Source: Phycisphaera mikurensis NBRC 102666
GTDB lineage: Bacteria > Planctomycetota > Phycisphaerae > Phycisphaerales > Phycisphaeraceae
DNA: 32,000 nucleotides
Direction of reading: 5' to 3'
NCBI RefSeq assembly: GCF_000284115.1
Contig: NC_017080.1
Coordinates: 1,980,001 to 2,012,000 of the forward strand
The number at the start of each line of letters is the position of its first letter. Position 1 is the first letter of the stretch. The translations under genes were made by a program, and so were the position numbers. The notes beneath the pieces are model-generated. The model saw only the letters and a program-made list of their open reading frames with translations. It made no database searches and had not been told where the DNA came from. This document shows positions 26,011 through 32,000 of the stretch, piece by piece.

Positions 26011-27000
26011 ATGACCGCCACCTACCACGACACCGTGCTCGACGTCTACCGCAAGGCCGCGGAGGCGCCGGCCGAGAGCTTGTGCTGCGTGGCGATGCCG
26101 CCGCAGCACCTGCCCGGGCTGCACATCCCCTCGATCATGCACGAGATGAACTACGGCTGCGGCAGCACCGTGCACTCGGCGGACATGCGGAAGGGCCAGA
26201 AGGTCGCCTACGTGGGCGTCGGCGGCGGCATCGAGGCCCTGCAGCTGGCGTACTACACCCGCTCGCCCGGCGGCGTGATCGCGGTGGACCCGGTCGCGGA
26301 GATGCGCGAGGCGGCTCGGAAGAACCTCGACATCGCGGCCGAGACCAACGACTGGTTCGACCCGTCCTTCGTCGACATCCGCGACGGCGACGCGCTGGAC
26401 CTGCCGCTGGACGACGCCGAGGTGCACCTCGCGGCGCAGAACTGCCTCTTCAACATCTTCAAGAGCTCCCCCGATGCCGCGGGCGGCGGCGATCTGGAGA
26501 AGGCGATGGCGGAGATGCACCGCATCCTCAAGCCCGCCGGCGTGCTGGTCATGAGCGACCCGATCGCGCCGCGGCCGATCCCGCAGCACCTCCGAGAGGA
26601 CGAGCGTCTCCGCGCCGAGTGCCTCTCGGGCTGCCTCTCCTACGAGGACTACGTGCGGTCGATCGTCGACGCCGGCTTCGGCCAGCTGGAGATCCGCTCG
26701 CGGCGGCCGTACCGCCTGCTCGATGCCGCCGGCCACGGCATGGAGGAGGACCTGCTGCTGGAGACGATCGAGGTCGCCGCGTACAAGACCCCCGTGGCGG
26801 AGGACGGCGCGTGCGTCTTCACCGGCCGCACCGCGCTGTGGAGCGGCGAGGGCGAGCGCTTCGACGACGGCCGCGGGCACGTCCTGCAGAAGGGTCTGCC
26901 CCTGCCGGTCTGCGACAAGACCGCCGCCGCGCTGGCGAGCACGCCGGGTGTCACCATCACCGACCCCACCTGGCACTTCGCCGGCGGCGGTTGCTGCTGA
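26011..27000 (+). CDS. arsM: Arsenosugar-pathway arsenite methyltransferase
   Basis: 329 aa; MNYGCGSTVH, VAYVGVGGGIEALQLAYYTRSPGGVIAVDP, NCLFNIF, C-terminal FAGGGCC; followed by arsS. Confidence 0.85.
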   Translation: MTATYHDTVLDVYRKAAEAPAESLCCVAMPPQHLPGLHIPSIMHEMNYGCGSTVHSADMRKGQKVAYVGVGGGIEALQLAYYTRSPGGVIAVDPVAEMREAARKNLDIAAETNDWFDPSFVDIRDGDALDLPLDDAEVHLAAQNCLFNIFKSSPDAAGGGDLEKAMAEMHRILKPAGVLVMSDPIAPRPIPQHLREDERLRAECLSGCLSYEDYVRSIVDAGFGQLEIRSRRPYRLLDAAGHGMEEDLLLETIEVAAYKTPVAEDGACVFTGRTALWSGEGERFDDGRGHVLQKGLPLPVCDKTAAALASTPGVTITDPTWHFAGGGCC

Positions 27001-27030
27001 AGCGGAAGCCGATGCGAGGCTGAGCCGGTG

Positions 27031-27311
27031 CGGGCAGCGCTACGCTGAACCACGGAGAGGGAAGAGACCGAAGAAGACACAGCCGGAAGCAAGAATGGGA
27101 AGGGCCTCAGGTCAGCGAGATCCGCGGATCGTCGGCCCGCTCGCCGAATCTCCTCGACGGCCCGCCGATCGGTCCTCTGGCGGGCGGGCGGGGCGCTTCT
27201 GGGCGCCAGTGCGAGGACCGCAAGCTGCCGGTGCTCCTGCTCCTGCTCCTCGCTGCTCTGTGTGCTCTTCCCTTTCTTCTCTCTCTGTGATTCAGCGAAG
27301 CGCTGCCCCAA
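27031..27311. repeat. Inverted-repeat intergenic element related to 4263-4495
   Basis: Left GGGCAGCGCTACGCTGAACCACGGAGAGGGAAGAG; reverse complement of right end GGGGCAGCGCTTCGCTGAATCACAGAGAGAG; the first element starts GGGCAGCGCTTCGCTTCATCACAGAGG. Confidence 0.8.
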
Positions 27312-27351
27312 CGGCGTCCGATCCTCCAGAGACCACCCGCAAGCACGACCG

Positions 27352-28356
27352 ATGACCGCCACCGACACCCGGCTCCCCGTGGTCTCCGCCGATGCATTCG
27401 CGCGGAGGTTCGAGGAGCCGCTGCACGCGGTGGGCATCACCGCGGTGCAGATCAACATCGGGCTCCGCTGCAACCTCGCGTGCGCCCACTGCCACGTCGA
27501 CTCGTCGCCCCAGCGGCGCGGCGACGAAGACAACATGTCGGAGGAGACGGCGGACCGGATCCTCGCGTGGATCCTCGACCACCCGCAGATCGACACCGTC
27601 GACCTCACCGGCGGCAGCCCGGAGATGAACCCCAACTTCCGGCGGATGGTCGTGGCGTTCAAGCGCCGCGGCATGCGGGTGATCGACCGCTTCAACCCGA
27701 CGATCTACGGCCACGTCGACAGAGACGGCACCGACTACAAGTGGATCCCCGGCTTTCTCGCCGAGCACAGAGTCGAGGTCTCAGCCTCGCTGCCCTGCTA
27801 CACCGCCGACAACGTGAACGAGCAGCGCGGCAGAGGCGCCTTCGACGCCAGCATCGAGGGCTTGCTCGCGCTCAACGCCGTGGGTTACGGCCGCGACCCG
27901 GAGCTGGAGCTGAACCTGGTCTACAACCCCGTCGGCCCGAGCCTGCCGCCGCCGCAGGCCTCGCTGGAGCAGGACTACAAGCGTGAGCTGCGCGAGCGCT
28001 TCGGCATCGAGTTCACGCGGCTGTGGACGATCACCAACATGCCGATCAAGCGCTTCCGGCGGCAGCTGGAGCGCAACAGCAAGCTGGAGCCCTACATGGA
28101 CAAGCTCGTCCACGCCTTCAACCGCGACACACTCGGGGAGCTGATGTGCCAGCACCAGATCCACGTCGACAGCCAGGGCAACCTCTCCGACTGCGACTTC
28201 AACTTCGCGCTGGGGATGCCGACCTCGCTGGGCCGCGGAACGAAGCTCTGGGACCTGACGGCCGAGAACCTCGACGACCGCCGCGTGGTGACGGCGGATC
28301 ACTGCTACGGCTGCACCGCGGGCTCGGGCTCTTCGTGCACCGGCTCGCTGACGTAG
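27352..28356 (+). CDS. arsS: Arsenosugar biosynthesis radical SAM protein
   Basis: 334 aa; QINIGLRCNLACAHCHVDSSPQR, VDLTGGSPEMNPNFRRMV, LVYNPVGPSLPPPQ, CQHQIHVDSQGNLSDCDFNFALGM, CYGCTAGSGSSCTG. Confidence 0.93.
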   Translation: MTATDTRLPVVSADAFARRFEEPLHAVGITAVQINIGLRCNLACAHCHVDSSPQRRGDEDNMSEETADRILAWILDHPQIDTVDLTGGSPEMNPNFRRMVVAFKRRGMRVIDRFNPTIYGHVDRDGTDYKWIPGFLAEHRVEVSASLPCYTADNVNEQRGRGAFDASIEGLLALNAVGYGRDPELELNLVYNPVGPSLPPPQASLEQDYKRELRERFGIEFTRLWTITNMPIKRFRRQLERNSKLEPYMDKLVHAFNRDTLGELMCQHQIHVDSQGNLSDCDFNFALGMPTSLGRGTKLWDLTAENLDDRRVVTADHCYGCTAGSGSSCTGSLT

Positions 28357-28516
28357 CTCCGGGCGGAACATCCCGCTCGCCGCGGACCGCGTAAGAATCC
28401 TGCGCTCGCGGACGACTCATCCGGGGGCGGAGGGCCCGCGTACCCCTGTGGGTCCGGCCTGCCCGCCCGCCGCCGCTGCGGCCATGCTCCCCGTCCTCCC
28501 GATCCGACCCCGCTTG

Positions 28517-29365
28517 ATGATGCCAGCCCCGCCCCGAACCCGCACCCGATCCGCCTTCACGCTCATCGAGCTCCTGGTGGTGATCTCCGTCATCGCCCTG
28601 CTCGTGGGGATCCTGCTGCCGGCGCTGGGCGCCGCCCGCGGGGCGGCGCAGGTCTCCGCCTGCCTGAGCAACAGCCGGCAGCTGGCGCTGGCGACCAACA
28701 GCTACCTCGCCGACTTCAAGGACGTCACGCCGAACGCGGCGTACAACAACAAGGCCGGCCTGTCGCCGAAGGGCCAGGGGGCCGCGCCCGGGACGCTGAT
28801 CGGGACCGGCCCCAACCGGGTCATCCCCAGCATCGGCGAGGCGTTGTCGCCCTACCTCTCCGACATCCAGCCCGGGCAGTTCTGGGCCTGCCCGGCGGCC
28901 GATGGCGTGGCCGACAACGCCTTCGCCATCGAAGGTTCAGATCCTTACTCCGGCTTCGCGGCGGACGATCTGTTCGTGCCGAACTACTTCTACATGCAGA
29001 CCTACGCCTGGATCGACATCCCGGCGAACAGCAGCTGGTTCCCGCAGGTCTGGAGCACCCGCAACGCGGCCAACGTCGACCTCGGGAAGATCAACGTGGC
29101 GCCCACGGAGCTGGTTCTCTTTGTGGAGGAGAGCACCAGCCACCACAGCGGCTCGGAGGACATCTACACCCGGGCCGCCGCGGGCAGGAAGGCGACCGAC
29201 ACGTCCAACTTTGCTTTTGCCGACGGGCACGCGGCCACGCAGCGTTTCGACGACCTGGACGGGTACCTCCGATCGCTCCACGGCAAGGTCGTCCAGACCC
29301 AGCCGGCGGGGCAGTGGACGAGCAAGCCCGCGTGGACCTCGCCGCTGAACTTCGACAAACCGTGA
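28517..29365 (+). CDS. Prepilin-type N-terminal cleavage/methylation domain protein (pseudopilin-like)
   Basis: RSAFTLIELLVVISVIALLVGILLPALGAAR...ACLSNSRQLALATNSYLAD...FAFADGHA. Confidence 0.9.
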   Translation: MMPAPPRTRTRSAFTLIELLVVISVIALLVGILLPALGAARGAAQVSACLSNSRQLALATNSYLADFKDVTPNAAYNNKAGLSPKGQGAAPGTLIGTGPNRVIPSIGEALSPYLSDIQPGQFWACPAADGVADNAFAIEGSDPYSGFAADDLFVPNYFYMQTYAWIDIPANSSWFPQVWSTRNAANVDLGKINVAPTELVLFVEESTSHHSGSEDIYTRAAAGRKATDTSNFAFADGHAATQRFDDLDGYLRSLHGKVVQTQPAGQWTSKPAWTSPLNFDKP

Positions 29366-30429
29366 GCGGCGATCCATCTCCCAGGCTGTCCGAAGCCGAC
29401 GCTCCCGGCGTCGCCGATGCCCTCCGCCGCCACGGCTGGCTCGCCGACAGCGAGGCCGTCGCTTCCGTTGCCCCCGCCGGCGAAGGCAACATGAACCTCA
29501 CGCTGCGGCTGCGCATCGCCGGTGGCGAGGGAGGCTCCCGCTCGGTCATCCTCAAGCAGTCCCGCGGGCACGTGGAGAAGTACCCCTCCATCCCGGCGCC
29601 CGCCGAGCGGATCGTCGCCGAGCATGGCTTCTACGCCGAGGTCGCCGCGCTCGATTCCGCGGACCGTGCGTCGGTTTCGTCTTTCCTGCCGACGGTCCGC
29701 GGATTCGCCGAGGCGGAGCGCCTGCTGCTGCTTGAGGACCTCGGCGAGGCGTCGGACCTCACCATTGTCTACGCCGGCGAGGGCTTCCGCGGCGGCGAGC
29801 TGGAGGCGCTCGGCGGCTGGCTCGGGCGGCTGCACGCGGCGACACGCGGGCGTGCCGAGCCGGGGCTCCGGGACAACGGCGCCATGCGCGAGCTCAACGC
29901 CGAGCACCTCTTCGAGGTCCCGCTCGACGGCGTCGCGCGCTTCGGCATGGACCTGGACGACCTCGCGGCCGGGCTCACCGCCGCGGCGGACCGCCTCCGG
30001 CGCGACGCGGGGGTGCGGTCCGCGTTTCATCGGGGGAAGGCGATCTACCTCGCCCCGACCGGCGGCGACGCGGTCTTGCTCCACGGCGATTTCTACCCCG
30101 GCTCGTGGCTGCGCACCGTCGCGGGGGTGAGGGTCATCGACCCGGAGTTCTGCTTCCACGGCGTGCCGGAGGTGGACGCCGGCATCGCGGTCGGCCACCT
30201 CGCGCTCGCCGGCCGCTCCGTCGCCGAGGCGGAAGCCTTCCTCGGCGCGTACGGCCACCCGCTGAACGCCGAGACGCTGCGCGACCTCGCCGGCGTCGAG
30301 GTCGTCCGCCGCCTGATCGGCGTCGCTCAGCTCCCGCTGGGCGGTTCGACGCCGCGGGTCGAGATGCTCGGGCGGGCGCAGGCCACGCTGGCCGCCTCCG
30401 CCGATTGGCGCGGCCTGTTCGCGAGGTGA
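29362..30429 (+). CDS. Aminoglycoside-phosphotransferase-type kinase (methylthioribose-kinase-like)
   Basis: AGEGNMNLTLRLR...SVILKQSRGHVEKYPSIPAPAERIVAEHGFYAEV; LLLLEDLGEASDLT; VLLHGDFYPGSWLRTVAGVRVIDPEFCFHGVPEVD. GTG start overlaps upstream TGA. Confidence 0.85.
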   Translation: MSGDPSPRLSEADAPGVADALRRHGWLADSEAVASVAPAGEGNMNLTLRLRIAGGEGGSRSVILKQSRGHVEKYPSIPAPAERIVAEHGFYAEVAALDSADRASVSSFLPTVRGFAEAERLLLLEDLGEASDLTIVYAGEGFRGGELEALGGWLGRLHAATRGRAEPGLRDNGAMRELNAEHLFEVPLDGVARFGMDLDDLAAGLTAAADRLRRDAGVRSAFHRGKAIYLAPTGGDAVLLHGDFYPGSWLRTVAGVRVIDPEFCFHGVPEVDAGIAVGHLALAGRSVAEAEAFLGAYGHPLNAETLRDLAGVEVVRRLIGVAQLPLGGSTPRVEMLGRAQATLAASADWRGLFAR

Positions 30430-30459
30430 GAGGTTGCACGCGCGTACCTTCTTTCGCCC

Positions 30460-32000
30460 ATGATCCGCACCCTCCTCCTCGCGCTGCTCTTGGCTCTCGC
30501 GGCTCCGCGGGTCCACGCCGCGCCCGCCGACGTCTGGCTCGACGTCGACACCGCCAACGGCGTCTACGACCCCGACGACGGGATCATGATGATCCAGGTC
30601 TTCCACCGGCCCGACGTGTTCCGCGTCCGCGGCGTCAGCACGCTCTTCGGCAACGCCACGCTGGAGGAGGCCCAGCCCATCGCCGAGCACATCGTGCGGC
30701 GGTACGGCCCCGAGGTGGGGGTCCACCGCGGCGCCGCCTCCGCCGAGGACTTCGGCCGCGAGACCGACGCCACCCGCGCCATGGCCGCCGCCCTCCGCGA
30801 GAAGCCGATGCACGTGCTGGCCGTCGGCCCGGCGACCAACCTGGGCACGGTGCTCTCGCTGCACCCCGAGCTGGCCGACCGCGTGATCTCGGCGGTCATG
30901 GTCGCCGGCCGCCGGCCGGGGCAGCGGTTCCAGTTCTCCGACGACCAGCCCGCCCCCTTCCGCGACGCCAACTTCGAGAAGGACGTGCCCGCGATGCGGG
31001 CGGTGCTCGACAGCGGCGTGAACCTCGTGCTCGCCCCCTGGGAGGTCACCCGCACCACCTGGCTCGACCCCGAGGGCCTGGCCGTGCTCCGCGAGAGCGG
31101 CGGGGCGGGCGCCTGGATCGAGGCGACCACGCGGTACTGGCTGCTCGGCTGGGCGGCGAACCTGGGCACCGAAGGCTTCACCCCCTTCGACACCCTCGCC
31201 GCCGGCTGGTTCACCGACCCCGGGCTCTACGCCGGGGTGCCGGTGAGCGTCGCGATCGTGGAGGGCCCCGACGACGGTGCCCGGCCCGTCGAGCCCCGCG
31301 TCGCGGGCGACCCCAAGCCGTTCCTCGAGGCGCGCGAGGTGCCCGAGGAGGCAGCCAACGGCTTCTACCTCGCCACCGTCGCCGACGCCTTCACCGGCCG
31401 CCTGCTCGAGGACCTCGCCGGCCGCACCGGCGAGCCCGGCCCGCCCTCGGACACGATCTGGCACCCCTCCCCGGGCACCGGGGGCCTCGACCCGTCCGCG
31501 TGGGACGCCGTGGCCTCCCGCTTCGTCACCGCCTCGGGCCGCTTCGACTACGCCGGCCTCGCCGCCGACCCCGACGGCCTCGCGCAGCTCGACGCGTACA
31601 TTGCCGCCGTCGCGGACGCCGACGTGCCCCGCCTCACCCGCGATGCGCACCTCGCCACCGCCATCAACGCGTACAACGCCTGGACGGTGAGGCTGATCCT
31701 CGACCACTTCGCCGAGGGCCGGCCGCCCGCCTCGATCATGGAGATCCCCGAGGACGAGCGCTGGAAGGCTGTCCGCTGGCGCTTCGGGGGGCAGCCGCTC
31801 AGCCTGGACATGCTCGAGCACCTGCTGATCCGCCCGTGGTTCGCGGAGCCGCGGATCCACTTCGCGCTCGTCTGCGCCGCCGCGAGCTGCCCGCCGCTGC
31901 GGGCCGGGGCGTACACGGCGGAGGGGCTTGACGCCCAGCTGGAGGAGCAGATGCGGCGGACGCACGGGCAGGCACCTTGGGTCGGCTTCGAAGCGGGCGA
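30460..32000 (+). CDS. Partial (3' end outside window) secreted fusion: nucleoside-hydrolase-like domain + DUF547 domain
   Basis: My own translation from ATG 30460: MIRTLLLALLLALAAPRVHAAPADVWLDVDTANGVYDPDDGIMMIQVFHRP...HVLAVGPATNLGTVLSLHPEL...HLATAINAYNAWTVRLILDHF...IPEDERWKAVRWRFGGQPLSLDMLEHLLIRPWFAEPRIHFALVCAAASCPPLR. No stop before 32000. Confidence 0.85.
   Translation, partial: MIRTLLLALLLALAAPRVHAAPADVWLDVDTANGVYDPDDGIMMIQVFHRPDVFRVRGVSTLFGNATLEEAQPIAEHIVRRYGPEVGVHRGAASAEDFGRETDATRAMAAALREKPMHVLAVGPATNLGTVLSLHPELADRVISAVMVAGRRPGQRFQFSDDQPAPFRDANFEKDVPAMRAVLDSGVNLVLAPWEVTRTTWLDPEGLAVLRESGGAGAWIEATTRYWLLGWAANLGTEGFTPFDTLAAGWFTDPGLYAGVPVSVAIVEGPDDGARPVEPRVAGDPKPFLEAREVPEEAANGFYLATVADAFTGRLLEDLAGRTGEPGPPSDTIWHPSPGTGGLDPSAWDAVASRFVTASGRFDYAGLAADPDGLAQLDAYIAAVADADVPRLTRDAHLATAINAYNAWTVRLILDHFAEGRPPASIMEIPEDERWKAVRWRFGGQPLSLDMLEHLLIRPWFAEPRIHFALVCAAASCPPLRAGAYTAEGLDAQLEEQMRRTHGQAPWVGFEAG

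Noticed and set aside
27352-28356. ArsS as a selenoprotein
   Set aside because: Some members are annotated as selenoproteins, but the relevant positions read as Cys/Ser codons here and no in-frame TGA is needed to complete the protein.
30105-31931. 608-aa plus-strand ORF
   Set aside because: Out-of-frame reading of the kinase gene tail and the nucleoside-hydrolase/DUF547 gene; Arg-rich with no domain signature.
1-32000. tRNA or rRNA genes
   Set aside because: I saw no cloverleaf-like or rRNA-like segments by eye; tRNAscan-SE would be needed to be sure.

Overview
The window is very GC-rich and looks like a Phycisphaerae-type planctomycete chromosome; that taxonomy is inferred from protein style, not from a search. 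Conserved genes occupy the left part (trpF, a UvrD/PcrA helicase, recN, a large PEP-CTERM autotransporter-like protein) and the right part (methyltransferase, Uma2, NAD-dependent epimerase, riboflavin synthase, arsenosugar genes arsM and arsS, pseudopilin-like protein, aminoglycoside-phosphotransferase-type kinase, and a nucleoside hydrolase-DUF547 fusion running off the right edge that the supplied ORF track misses). The centre (about 9.2-21 kb) is an accessory island. It carries an OLD-family ATPase/TOPRIM nuclease with unusually low GC, placed 45 bp downstream of an MmeI-like Type IIG restriction-methyltransferase with a compositionally distinct recognition region. It also carries a small helical + Fn3-like protein, a DUF5677 protein, and an antitoxin/VapC pair whose toxin has an early in-frame amber codon. 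The strongest unexplained signal is repetitive. 3'-end fragments of genes recur (recN; Fn3-like gene twice in a 351-bp tandem; vapC in a 229-bp tandem; possibly the Type IIG gene), near two families of short palindromic elements. Other structures include a 21-bp phased tandem array in the divergent intergenic region upstream of the Type IIG gene, 8-bp arrays just upstream of two genes, and a larger inverted-repeat element lying upstream of recN and between arsM and arsS.
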